Source: Leucoraja ocellata (lineage: Eukaryota). From it: a stretch of 64,000 nt of DNA. Below are positions 48,829 to 61,150 of the stretch, piece after piece (position 1 is the stretch's first letter; the number at the start of each line of letters is the position of its first letter). The translations under genes were made by a program, and so were the position numbers. The stretch lies in the NCBI GenBank assembly GCA_036785375.1, contig JAWMAR010000025.1, forward strand, positions 2,418,001 through 2,482,000. The letters are read 5' to 3'. The notes under the pieces are model-generated. The model did no database searches and was not told the origin of the DNA. It was given only the letters and a program-made list of their open reading frames with translations.

Positions 48829-51365
48829 GTAAGTAAACTACATGAGACCAAAAATAAACCTTAAATATGGGGAAAATCAGGTTGCTAAGCATAGAGTTTG
48901 AGATCGAAATCCGAGAAATGAGTTTAATTTTGACACGGCAGGTTAAAATGTAGTGTCATTGCCTGGTTAACTATCCAGATAGAATAAACTTATTCCAGTG
49001 GTGACTCCAGGCATTGGTTGATTTTGGATGGACTCGAAGCCCAGACAAAATGCAATATTATAACTGAATAAAGCATTTACAAGTTTTGGTGTCTTCCAAG
49101 TGCTCTGGCTACTATGCATACTTTCTTTGTTGCCCTTCTGATATTTTTGGAAGCCCGGCCATCTGAAACATTAGCAAGAAATTTGGCACTGCAACCGGAT
49201 GTGGTATTTAAGCCGATGTTAAAACGCATTGAATCCCTTGGTGCAATGATTCCTTCTCTGAATTGTATTTGAGCCACATCACCCTGAGTTACCATGCTGT
49301 GCCTTTATTAATTAACAATATTCTTTAAAATCTCGATCTTGTCCTGATAGTGCATGAATGGGGAGCATGCATTAGAGTACTCGAGTACCAGGCCAGACTT
49401 GCTAGGGGAGAGGTGGAAGGAGGCTTGTGGAGTACTTTGAAAAGCAGGGCTGGTTACTACTCCTTGCCTTTTCTGTACTTTCTAATGGAAAGGAATCTGT
49501 TTTGTTCCTCTCCACAACTCATTCTTTGAATGTTGCAGTCTGGGTGTGTCATATTATTTATAGATTTTAACACACTGATATCAGTCTTGCACGCTATGGT
49601 TCAGTATATTAAATTATTGTTTCATCAAACTGTTTTATCACAAAAGAGGGGTTGTTGAGAAAGGTGATGTTAGGTGGCACATTATCCCTTTGCCCTGCTG
49701 GTTAGACCATTAGGAACCTCATTTGGAACTCCCCCAGCCTTGGACGGCTGTCCATAACTGCATCTGATTCATAATTTAATTTGGGTTGCAAGACAACTGG
49801 TGCAAAATGTTTCTTTCTACAGATTTGATGTTTAAAGTTTGGGCAGATCAGAATGAGCTTCATTGAGAATGATGCATAATAGCTGTGCCCACTGGTACGA
49901 TTTGCTGGTTAAATGGCGGCATTGTTCCATTCAAGGGATTAATTGATATCTGATCTTAATGGGGAAAATAATTTTGTAGGAGTTGGTTATCAATGTCAAG
50001 TCCATGCCTCGAGTCAGTTTGCAAATTGTTACCCTCCCAGGTGGGAAGTGTAAAGTGCAATTAATCCGGTCAGTCAGGTCAACCAGAAACTATTTACAAA
50101 ACACATGGCCCAATCAATCCATGTCTGTGTTGATGACCTTGTGATGATGCTACATGGAGATATTGTATCTAGTTTTAGGTGCGAAGATATTTCTAATAAA
50201 AATATAAAGGGTCCTTCACTTTCTAAACAATGCAAAATCAAAGGTAGTTGTGCTTAACCTTTATAAATTACAAGTTAAACTCTCAGCTATTGTGTCCAAT
50301 TCTGAAATTGTGTAATGAAAGAAGATAGTTTGCAAAGAAACTGGGGAACAAAGATTGTTCTCAAATCAGAAAAGGTTAATGGGAGATTTGATGGACATCC
50401 TCAAAGCCACAAAGGTTTTTGACAAAGTAAATTGGAATCAGTTGTTTCCATTGTAAAAATGGTTGCTTATTAGAGTACATCAAAAATAATTGGCAAAAGA
50501 ATCAAAAAAGGAATTGAACTATTTATGCAGCATGTTGTGGTCTAGAATATATGGCCTTAAGATATTGAACCAAATTCAATGCTAACCTTTTAAAATGGAA
50601 TTGCTTGTATACTTGAAAGAGCAAAATTTGAAGGAGACAAAGCAAACAAATGGGACTAATTGGATCGCTCTTTCAAAGAACCCATGAGCTAAATGGTGTC
50701 CTGTGCTGTATGATTCTATGAACACACACGGCAGGGTTTACATGAATAATGGCCTCTTAATTAGCATTGCTTGTGAATCTGCAGGCGAGCGAAAGCCTGT
50801 GCATTCAGGAAGGGAGGCGAAGTTGAAAATAATATAGTAAAACTTCCTAAAGTAATTAATGGGTAGTGGTGATTAGATTTATTGAGTTTCAATTTATGCA
50901 GTCGAGCTCGAAGTGTCACTGCAGGATTGTTGCAACTCTAATCTCTTGAGCCTAAGCACAGTGCGCATGCTTTATCTGTTGCCAGTATCAAGAGCAAGCA
51001 TATTGTGACACTTGACTGAGAGCTTTCTTTATTCCTTTGGAGCATGTGTATCTGCTGCTTGACTAAACTTGAGTAATGTGCTGCCATCTTGAACTCCTGT
51101 CATCCTGGAGTGGAAGGCTGTACATTGGTTCTTGATTAGGGAGCTGCAGTATTTAAACTACTACATCAAAGTACAGTGATAGTGGGTGAAGTATGGCATG
51201 TGAGGAATCAGCACACCACAGATCACAATCTTCCTGCTACCCTTGAGGTTTATCCCAGGATTGAAACGGGTACCAAGGTGACATTGTGCTGAAGTCTGCT
51301 CTCCTTCACTGCTTCATGATGTTGGTCTGTGCTTGTCACCTCACTTGTGTTTTATTTTTTCCTAG

Positions 51366-53063
51366 TTACCCGGATTCTTGGAGCTTCTGGTGGAATATTT
51401 CCGGAAATGCTTGATTGAAATATTTGGAATCCTGAAGGAGTATGAGATTGGACATCCCGGCCAAAAGACACTCCTGGATCCAAATCTGTTTGGGAAAGTA
51501 AAGGAACCATCAGAGCTTGAGACGGAGGGAGGCAGGGAATACATCAGTGAAGAGGAAATGGCAGCTAATCTAACTCAAGATGCAACTGCAATTGAGAATG
51601 CAGAAAAGAATCCCAAGCATGTCAGCAAGTTTGACAGACTTCCTGTGAAAATGGTTATAAAGGATGATCTATTTGTGGTAGATAATTCAGATAAATTGGG
51701 CAGGGTACAGGAGTTTGACAGTGGTTTGCTACACTGGCAGATTGGGGGAGGCGACACTACGGAACACATCCAAACACACTTTGAGAGTAAGACACAGGTA
51801 CCCCTGCGGAAACGAACCATGACCCATAAAGGATCCACAAAAAGGCACGCAGCTGAAAGCAAAAAAGGGACCGAAGGAATCGCTGAGGCAACAGTGAGTG
51901 GTGAGGAGTCCGAGAAAAGCATAACTGCGACCATAGATGATGTTCTGTCAGCGAGGCCTGGCTCCTTAAACAAGGAAGCAGTTAATGGGTCATTAGCGGG
52001 AAACACAGATAACAACAAGTTTCCTTTTGCTATTCATCAGGCACAAAGTCATAAAAATATCAAAATTCTGGAGGATGAGCCGTGCAGCCGGGATGAGGTG
52101 CCGTTATGTATGATGGCCGACTGGCAGGACTCTTTAGCGAAGCGGTGTATTTGTATATCAAACATTATCCGCAGCTTGTCGTTTGTGCCTGGGAATGACG
52201 CAGAGTTGTCAAAGCACCCTGGCTTGCTGCTTATCTTGGGCAAGCTTGTATTGCAGCATCACGAGCACCCAGAGCGGAAACAAACGCCGTTAACATACGA
52301 GAAGGAGGATGAGGAGGATGAAGGTGTAAGCTGCGATCGTGATGAATGGTGGTGGGACTGTTTAGAAGTATTACGGGAAAACACTCTTGTCACAATGGCC
52401 AATATTTCTGGGCAGTTGGACCTGTCTCTGTATCCAGAGAGTATCTGCCTGCCACTTTTGGATGGATTGTTGCACTGGGCTGTGTGTCCTGCAGCGGAGG
52501 CCCAAGACCCCTTCCCAACGCTAGGCCCCAATTCAATGCTCTCTCCCCAGAGACTCGTCCTGGAGAGCTTGTGTAAACTTAGTATCCAGGACAATAATGT
52601 GGACCTTATCCTGGCAACGCCTCCCTTTAGCCGCTTGGAGAAACTTTATGGGATACTGGTCCGGCTCATTGGGGAACGCAAAAGCCAGGTGTGCCGTGAA
52701 ATGTGTATGGTACTGTTGGCAAATCTGGCGCAAGGAGACAGCTTGGCTGCCAGAGCAATTGCCGTTCGTAAGGGAAGCATCAGTAACCTACTGGGCTTTT
52801 TGGAGGATAGTCTTGCAGCCACTCAACTCCAGCAGAGTCAGCCCAGCCTGATGCACTTGCAAACTGCACCTATTGAGCCAACCAGTATGGACATGATGCG
52901 GCGGGCAGCCAAGGCCCTGCTAGCAATGGCAAAAGTAGAAGAAAACCACTCTGAGTTCACGTTGCATGAGGCACGACTGCTAGATATCTCTGTATCGCCT
53001 CTCCTGAACTCACTGGTTACAAATGTAATTTGTGATGTACTCTTCATGATCGGCCAGTCATGA
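51366..53063 (+). CDS. ARID1A: ARID1A terminal coding exon (exon 20 equivalent), BAF250_C/ARM-repeat region
   Basis: cctag|TTACCC...CAGTCATGA; 565 aa [21 protein letters not shown]...WQDSLAKRC...EWWWDCL...[11 protein letters not shown]; the IGQS end and exon sizes fit ARID1A rather than ARID1B. Confidence 0.98.
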   Translation, partial: LPGFLELLVEYFRKCLIEIFGILKEYEIGHPGQKTLLDPNLFGKVKEPSELETEGGREYISEEEMAANLTQDATAIENAEKNPKHVSKFDRLPVKMVIKDDLFVVDNSDKLGRVQEFDSGLLHWQIGGGDTTEHIQTHFESKTQVPLRKRTMTHKGSTKRHAAESKKGTEGIAEATVSGEESEKSITATIDDVLSARPGSLNKEAVNGSLAGNTDNNKFPFAIHQAQSHKNIKILEDEPCSRDEVPLCMMADWQDSLAKRCICISNIIRSLSFVPGNDAELSKHPGLLLILGKLVLQHHEHPERKQTPLTYEKEDEEDEGVSCDRDEWWWDCLEVLRENTLVTMANISGQLDLSLYPESICLPLLDGLLHWAVCPAAEAQDPFPTLGPNSMLSPQRLVLESLCKLSIQDNNVDLILATPPFSRLEKLYGILVRLIGERKSQVCREMCMVLLANLAQGDSLAARAIAVRKGSISNLLGFLEDSLAATQLQQSQPSLMHLQTAPIEPTSMDMMRRAAKALLAMAKVEENHSEFTLHEARLLDISVSPLLNSLVTNVICDVLFMIGQS

Positions 53064-54052
53064 CAGCTGTGGGAACCTTACTGTGTGTGTGCGTGATTGG
53101 AGATCTTTGAATCGACTGTTTCTGTCTTTATTTATGCAAAAACCACCTCTGTTCCCAAAACTTGCCCCACCTATTCTTAATAATGGAAGGATATCGTAGT
53201 CATTTTGATCAAGTACCAGAGGGGGGAAAAAAAAGATGAATGTTTGCTGCCTGTGTATAAGTCAGAAATTTTTTAACCAAAGTTGCTGTCTCATTTGCAG
53301 CGAGTTTGGGAGAATGCCTCATCCTCGGGCATCCCTCCCTGGAGGGCCCTGCTTCAAAATTTTTATGGTAAATTTTGGAAGCTAAATGACTTGGGAAATC
53401 TTTGGTTCAGTGCTGTGCTCTTGGATTGTAATTCAACCACTGGAAGGTGGCTCATGAGAAGCTCTGTGTACATTATGCAGGAGACAGCCTACACATTAAA
53501 CCCTGAACATATGTAACCTTTGACCAGCTGTAAACAATATTTCACATTGAACAATGCTGGTTTGGCAGCGAACTGTAGTTTTAAAACATTTTTTAGTTTA
53601 CAGTAAACGTGAAAAAAAGGCTTTTCCCCTTCTCAAAGTATCGTGTGTATCTACACCACCTCCCCTTGATTGTATGGACTTTTCCTCTTTCACTTCCTGA
53701 CTGATTTTAAACTGCAGCTACAGCCCCTGAGCTGTGATTGTATATAGAAGTTGTACAATGCACATACCCTCAAAGTTGGTTGTTTTTTTCCTTCTCTCGT
53801 AGAATGAGGTTTACAATTTTCATGACATGGTCAAGCAAAAAGTGATAGCTTTTATTTCCATCGGCCATATCCTGCGAGGGTAATGTACAAGTTTCTGTAT
53901 GTATAAAGTTGTGCTCTAGTTCAAGGAGAGCAACAGATCACGTTTTTCCTTTATAATCAAGGTGTGGAAAAAGTTTAGGTTCAGTTGAAGCTCACAAAAA
54001 ATAATGAAGAAACACAATTTGAGATTTTTCAGTGCTATGAAATCTGCATATT
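53064..54052 (+). other. ARID1A: ARID1A 3' UTR (end hidden by assembly gap)
   Basis: Follows the TGA with no recognisable transposon; ARE-like TTATTTAT (53128) and Pumilio-type TGTATATA (53739); several blocks resemble the human ARID1A 3' UTR as recalled. Confidence 0.8.
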
Positions 54053-54203
54053 NNNNNNNNNNNNNNNNNNNNNNNNNNNNNNNNNNNNNNNNNNNNNNNN
54101 NNNNNNNNNNNNNNNNNNNNNNNNNNNNNNNNNNNNNNNNNNNNNNNNNNNNNNNNNNNNNNNNNNNNNNNNNNNNNNNNNNNNNNNNNNNNNNNNNNNN
54201 NNN
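54053..54203. other. Assembly gap (151 N)
   Basis: Run of N. Confidence 1.
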
Positions 54204-55537
54204 GTTTTCGTTTAATTCCACAGGTCTGAAGGGATGCCTCTTTCGATGGCCATGACAAGTGCACGTGGGATAAAGGTTGAAGAGACGGTCATTTGGATCA
54301 CTGGACTGCATTGTCAACTGGGCCCAGCCTGCACCTTTGTTTGCACGCCAGCATCACTAGCTTATAGAAAGAACAGATATTAAGTGCCTACTCCTTCATA
54401 CTAATGCAGTATATTCTGGAGAGTTAAAACTCAAGTAGACGAAGCTGTGATATATAGATTGACCACTTGAAGAAATGCTAATCTTGGTAAAAGAGCTCCA
54501 ATAAGTACATTGGATTTTCAATAACTGCGTTGGTTTTGGACTCTGCAAATCATTTGAGGGCAATGCTCCTCCCTTCTGAAAATCTAGCGAATGTGATTAA
54601 ATAAATAAATAGCAGAGAATCAGTAAATGGATCAGATGCCAAAGTAAATAGTAACGAATCATGTACATGAGCCAGGCTGTAGGTGCTCGGGTAATTTGTG
54701 GGCATGGTATTTAACAGATTGATTTGAGGGCCTAGAAACTACCCCAGTAGAAGTCCTGGGGATTGATTACAAAGTCACTGCAATTGTAGGACTTGAAGGC
54801 TCTTAAACTTTATACGGGAATTTTACTTTCATCCAACATTAAATGTGCAACATCTTAAATTACAAGAATGTAAACAGCACATTTATACATGTTCAAGGAG
54901 TTGTTGCACTGAAGCCTTTTGTCAGTAATATAAACTGCGGTAATTGGTTGGGTGCTTCAATTTTCTGTTCCCAACAATGCTACTACATACAATTAAATTA
55001 CTACTTTTTCTTTGCCACTATGCAAACATTAGCAAACAATTTATTGTCCTGTGTAGGTGTTGACTTCTACCTGCACCTGATGTCTGTGACTAGATGTTAC
55101 TAAAATAAGAGGCAGTCTGACTGATTGCCCCTCCCATCTATGGCTTATTGGGGCCTGTTTCCTTCCACCTTGGAAGGAAACAGGACCAGGACTGAAGGAA
55201 GCGCTGGATATCTGCAGTTGACTACGAATATAACAGTCTGGTCTTGAGGAGTAGAAAGGCAAAGGTACAAAATCAAGAGTAACAATTTATGATTTTTAAA
55301 TCAAAATTTTGTAGGAGCAGCCAGCATGCTTTAACTGCAATATTCCTGTTTTCATGGGCATGAAGTCTGCTCTTGGTGGAACTTTTAGTAGACTCTGTTC
55401 TCAGCAGTTCCTGGTAGTATTGACTGTCCCATTGTGGTCAGCTGCTCTCATCGGTCCCTATACAAGGCAACACCTCTCTGTGTATATAAAATTACATTGA
55501 ATACAGAGCATGGAGATGAGTAACTCAGCCTAAGCTT

Positions 55538-55661
55538 GTGTTGGAGAGAACTGCAGATGCTGGTTTAAATGAAAGGTAGACCCAAAACCCTGGTGTAACT
55601 CGGCGGGACCAGCAGCATCGCTGGAGAGAAGGAATGGGTGACGTTTCGGGTCGAGACCCTT
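55538..55661 (-). mobile_element. Solo Penelope-derived terminus
   Basis: GAACTGCAGATGCTGGTTTAAAT...GGTGACGTTTCGGGTCGAGACCCTT. Confidence 0.82.
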
Positions 55662-56428
55662 GCTTGGTTCTATACTCCACACATGTCTCTTCCTATTTCA
55701 TTTCTTTTCTCTGCTTGAGCAGACATTGCTATTTATCCTGGAATAAACTGTCTGGCTGTGTGCAGTGTGGAGCCCGAATCATCAGTATTGTAAAATTGTG
55801 TGACAATATTGGCTGGTTTAATGTGGGAGGCTGCTGCTATTGTGGAAGTAGCAGGAGAAAGTATGGTAACTCTCCTGCTATGTATTTCCTAATGTTTCTA
55901 CTTTGTGTCCTTTACTATACCACCAGAGAGGTGATATTTGATATTATATTGAATTTCACTAATCAAAATATCCCTAGTTTAAACCTCAATTTCTGCCCCT
56001 ATTCTAACTATAGAGACTGGTACCAAATTAAATGACTGAACCTGTGATCCAGTGATGGCAACCGATGATCTGGATATGTTGGTTCAAATGTCATCAATTT
56101 GATTTAAAGTATTTGCTAACAAAGCAAAAGCTGGCAACTGGGATTAGCTGTTTTGACTAGTAAGGATGCGACAAGTTGAATTACTTCCTTAATAATTTTC
56201 ATCTAAGAATTAACTGAAAATATTGGATCCCTAAGAATCATCTTAATATATTGCCAAAACTTGGGTAAAGCAGCTAACATTTCCAATTACAGGTATGTGT
56301 TTGTGAGGGCAACATATTTGCTTCATTTGGATGCAGAGATATCACTTTTGTCCTTTGCTGATACTGAAATTTAGGTCAATTGAAGACCTAAAAAAGATTG
56401 AACATGCAGAAAGAATAGCAATAAAGTT

Positions 56429-56558
56429 CAGTCTGAAGAAGGGTCTCAACCTGCAACATTCACATATTCCTTTTCTCCCGAGATGCTGCCTGACCTGTTG
56501 ATTTACTCCAGCATTTTGTGTCTATTTTCAGTGTAAACCAGCATCTGTTGTTCCTTCT
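56429..56558 (+). mobile_element. Solo Penelope-derived terminus
   Basis: CAGTCTGAAGAAGGGTCTCAACC...TACTCCAGCATTTTGTGTCT...CCAGCATCTG. Confidence 0.8.
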
Positions 56559-56699
56559 GAATTAAAGCAGGAATGGGGTACTGATTTTGGATGATTAGCC
56601 ATGATCATATTGAATGATGTTGCTGGCTCGAAGGGCTGAATGGCCTACTCCTGCACCTATTTTCTATGTTTCTATCTCCCGGCTGCTACTCATTTTAAC

Positions 56700-57058
56700 C
56701 CCCCTTCCCATTCCCATTCCCATCATGGCCTTTATATTCTGGGCCGCCTCCATTGTTAGAGTGGCCACATGCAAACTGATGGAACACCACCTTATATACC
56801 ACTTACAATGCTTACAACCCGTTGGAATGAACAATGAATTCTGCAATTTTAGATAACCTCTAAAAAACCCCCTACCAGCTCTCCCCTACATCCCTGTGCC
56901 CCACCTGGACTCCAATCTATTTCCTTCTCCTACCAGCCGTGCTATTTTCATCCTAGCTTCACAATTCACTACTCTTCAATCCTGTTTCTCACTTGCTTTT
57001 ACTCCTTGTTCCAACCATTTGCCTATCAAACAAAACTTGCCTGTATCCAAGACAAAGC

Positions 57059-57100
<42 letters not shown>

Positions 57101-57183
57101 CTGAAGAAGGATCTTAATCTGAAATAACACCTATTCATGTTCAAGTGCTGAGGTACTCCAGCACTTTATGTCCTTTTGTGTAC
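56700..57183 (+). mobile_element. Penelope-like element 3' remnant
   Basis: CKLMEHHLIYHLQCLQPVGMNNEFCNFR* (homologous to the 21850 copy), C-rich UTR, (CA)n, CTGAAGA at 57101. Confidence 0.8.
57063..57098. repeat. (CA)18 microsatellite
   Basis: Direct reading. Confidence 0.95.
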
Positions 57184-59354
57184 TCTTAACTTAATTTTTC
57201 TGTTTTTATCACTTGTTTCCAGTATCTGCTGTTTAAAATGATCCATTCTTTACAGTTTGAGTAAAATAGAGATGTGATCACTAGTGGAAAAAAAAATTCA
57301 ATAGATTGCCAGCCAGTAAAATTGAATAAATTAGCAGGGAAATTGCAAAAGTGCTAAAATAACAAAAATGGGGATCTTCAACTGTGGAAATAGAAACTGG
57401 GATAGTGATATTAGTGCAATGTATGAGGGCATTGTGCTTGGGAGAATTTTATTGAGCTGCGTGTTTCTATCAGTGATAGGCAGCATTGTGTAGGAAGGAA
57501 CTGCAGATGAACAGACACAAAGTCTTAAGTCTGCAACTTTATGGGTCAGGCAACATCTCCGGAGAAAAGGAATACGTGACATTTTGTGTCGAAACCCTAT
57601 GGAGATTTGTAGATAGGAAAGACCAGAACAAAACATGGAGGGCAACAAATGGCCAAGGAAATGTGGAGCCCATAATCCCACATTGTTAGCTGGGGAAGGA
57701 GTGATAATGATGGCATGCAGAATGTAGGACGATGGGGTGGGGACGAGGAGAGGGGGCAGGATATATCATTCATTCCAATATATTTTAAAAAATGAGTCAA
57801 TGGAGAAGGGTCATTTTCAATTGGATGAGAACATATATGATGAGTAAATAAGAATCAAATCTTGGCAGGTAAAACTAATTAAAAAAGGTAGAGATGATTC
57901 AGATGCTATCTAGGTACATACTCATGAGGGAGATGGTTGGGGAAATTAAAACTAACACTACTTAAGATGATCAAAATGATAATTAAATACGTTTAAAGAA
58001 AAACAATTAGCAGATGCAAGTTGTTAATACAAGGGAGAGCCAGGCCAATTCGATGAGGTTCAGCAGTGAAATCTTTTATTTAAAAATGTGGATGAGGCGG
58101 GCGAGGGCACGTGAAGAGTGGTCACAAAATGGAATTTTAAAATATTCATTAGACGTGAATAGGAAGACCTGTCAGAGGAGAGGTGGTGTCACCTATTCCT
58201 TTTCGCCGGAAATGCTGCCTGACCGAAAGGTCTGAATGACAAATAAAGGATCTAAGTCTAAGTAAGTCATTGAGGGACTAAACAGAAAATCTTGCAGAGG
58301 CAGAAGATCTGGCGAAGGTACTAAATGATTTACATTAGCTTTTTTGCAAGGAAGTAGTTGAGATTCTGGATGGGTTTAAGCTAGATGAAATGAAAGGCTA
58401 GTTGCATTTGAAAATGGTTACAGCACCTGGTCCATGTGGAATGCTTCTCCGGTTAATGAGGAAAGCTATAGAGGAAATAACTTTCCAAGTACTTAGAGTT
58501 TTGAGAGGTGTCTGAGGACTGAAAAGATGCAAATATACACCCATATTCCAAAAGATCCATATAGGGATAAACACTGCAAATATTGGCCATTTAGTTTAAC
58601 TTCCAAGGTGGCGAATGTTCTAAAACAGGACAGAAATGTAGTTACTTGTCCAAGTATAATTAGAGAACATGGATTTGTTAAATGCAAATTATATCTTGAC
58701 TAACTTACTAGTTTTTTTTACACCAAGGTAATAGAAGTGTCGCTGCAGTGGACTTTCAAAATATTTGATGTTTCATGTCACATTATGTAGAGCTATTCCA
58801 TAAAAGGGATTATAGCACCATGGATACGAAGTGGCTAAGGACCAAGAAAACAAGAGAGATTGCTTTTTTTGGACTGGAGGCAAGTGCACAGATAAGGATT
58901 GGTAGTTGAACTATAAACTAGTGCACCATTCTAAAAAGGGTTCACTTTTTTACTTTTTCATGTTCCCTTGTGTGCATAATTTGTTGAATGTGGCAGAACA
59001 CGTTGAAAATGCAGTGTTAAAGAAAATGTACATGGGATCCTGAGCGTAAAAATTATGGAATACAAGAGCAAGGAAGTAATCAAAATTAAAAAAAAAAACA
59101 CTGGTTTGGATACAACAAGAATATTGGACACTTTAAAAATCTAAAAGTTTTAAGTAGATACTGGCTGAGATATATGAATCTTACTAGATATGGTGCCGGA
59201 TGGCTGATGGGTGGCTAATATGCCTCTAAAAAGAGTTGCAAAGAAAAACCTAGGAACTATCGACCAGTGAGCCTAACACTTGTGGTAGGAAAGTTATTGG
59301 AAAGGATTCTGAGGGATAGGAATTACATGCATTTGGAAAGATGGGCTTACTGGG

Positions 59355-59940
59355 ATAGAAACATGGAAAATAGGTGCACGAGTAGTTTATTTGGCCCTTC
59401 GAGCGTCCGTATGATCGTGGTTAATCATCCAAAATCAGTACCCTATTCCTGCTTTCCTGAAGAAGGGTTTCGGCCCGAAACGTTGCCTATTTCCTTCGCT
59501 CCATAGATGCTGCTGCACCCGCTGAGTTTCTCCAGCATTTTTGTGTACCTTCGATTTTCCAGCATCTGCAGTTCCTTAAACCCTATTCCTGCTTTCTCTC
59601 CATATCCCTTGATTCCATTAGCCCTAAGAGCTATAACTAACTCTCTCTTGAACACATCCATTGAATTGTCCTCCACTGCCTTCTGTGGCAGAGAATTCCA
59701 CAGGTTCACAATTCTCTGGGTGAAAAAGTTTTTCCTCATCTAAATGGCCTACGCCTTATTCTTAAACTGTGACCCCCTATTTCTGGACTCCCCCATCATC
59801 AGGAACATTTTTCCTGCATCTAGGCTGTCCAATCCCTTAAGAATGTTATACGTTTCTATAAGATCCTCTCTCATCCATCTAAATTCCAGTGAATACAAGC
59901 CCAGACAACTCATTCTTTCCTCGCATGTCAGTCCCGCCTC
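59355..59940 (-). mobile_element. CR1 LINE 3' fragment (interrupted by the Penelope-derived insert)
   Basis: Minus ORF RKNFFTQRIVNLWNSLPQKAVE...FKREL; same family as 4878-5287. Confidence 0.88.
59457..59579 (+). mobile_element. Young solo Penelope-derived terminus with intact hammerhead core, inserted into a CR1 LINE, 17-bp TSD
   Basis: ACCCTATTCCTGCTTTC at 59440-59456 and 59580-59596; CR1 sequence resumes across the insertion. Confidence 0.92.
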
Positions 59941-59994
59941 GGCATGATTTGTGTTATGGGAGTTTGCGCCTCAAATTTGAGTATTTTGAAGTAA

Positions 59995-60810
59995 CCAAGA
60001 AGGTTACTCATACTTTATTAGCCAAATGTTTTGCAACATACGAGGAATTTAATTTGCCATATAGTCATACTAATGAAAAGCTTCAGAACACGCAAAATAC
60101 ATTTTAACATCAACATCCACCACAGTGACCCCCACATTCCTCACTGTGATGGAAGGCGAAAAAGAAGTTCAATCTCTTCCCTTATTTGTCCTCCAGCGGT
60201 CGGGGCCTCTAAACCTTCCGTTGACGGGGAGATCTTATTCCCGTGGCCGGCGGCGGGCCTCCTCGTCGGGGCGTTCAAGCTCCTGCATCAGAGGGGAATC
60301 TCAGCTCCACCCCGCGCCGGGTGATCTACCTCGGGTTGGGGCTAGTTGACATCTTGCAGCTTCTGGAGCATCCCGACTCGGTCTCTCCAGAGACTGTGAG
60401 CCCTTGATGTTAAAGTCCACAGATGTTAAAGTTGGAGCGTGATCCCAGGCAAGGGATCTGCCCCGATGCTAAGTCCCCGCCCGCCCCGCGGTGGGGCTTA
60501 AAGTCAGTCCCAAACAAGGCTTGCAGCTCCACGATGTTAGGCTGCAGAGCAACCAGAGATACGACCCAGGAAACAATCGCATCTCTGGCAAGGTAAGAGA
60601 TTGAAAACAAGTTCCCCCCGCCCACCCCCCACATAAAACAAACCGGAGAACATTAACACAAAGTTTTAAAACACTAAAAATAACAAAAAAAGGATGAAAA
60701 GGACAGATGTAGGTGAGGCTGCCATCGAAGCGCCACCTGGCGGTTGATGAGGGTATTAGCATGAAACAAAAGCTTTTCACAGTACCTTGGTACATGTGAC
60801 AATAAACTAA
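59995..60810 (-). mobile_element. Unclassified GC/CpG-rich interspersed repeat(s), probably retroelement-derived
   Basis: Abrupt CpG-rich block between LINE fragments, ending in a TACCTTGGTACATGTGACAATAAACT tail; no credible ORF. Confidence 0.45.
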
Positions 60811-60829
60811 ACAAGATGGTACTATAATC

Positions 60830-61150
60830 GGTGAAGAAGCTTATCAGGAATTATCAGTCTTTTGCCCAGAGAGCGGCAATCAAGAACTAGAGGACATGGG
60901 TTTAAGGTGAATGGAGAAAGGTTTACTAGAAACCTGAAGGGCATCTTTTTCACACATGATGAGTGTGTGGAACGAGCTGCCAGAGGAGATAGTTGAGGCA
61001 GATATAATAACATTAAAAAGACTTACTTGGACAGGAAAGGTTTGGTGTGGATAAAAGCCAGGCATGGGGCAAATGGGCATAGCATGGGTAGGGCTTCTTG
61101 GGCATGGGCAGGATGAGCAGAAGGGCCTGTTTCCGCACTGCATGACTTTC
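60830..61150 (+). mobile_element. CR1 LINE 3' fragment
   Basis: AGAACTAGAGGACATGGGTTTAAGGTGA...GGAACGAGCTGCCAGAGGAG...GAAGGGCCTGTTTCCGCACTGCATGACT. Confidence 0.8.

Noticed and set aside
51575-53047. Several 64-147 aa antisense or alternate-frame ORFs over exon 20 (also over exon 18)
   Set aside because: Shadows of the ARID1A codon pattern; no recognisable protein
53916-54317. ORFs spanning the N run
   Set aside because: Artefacts of the assembly gap
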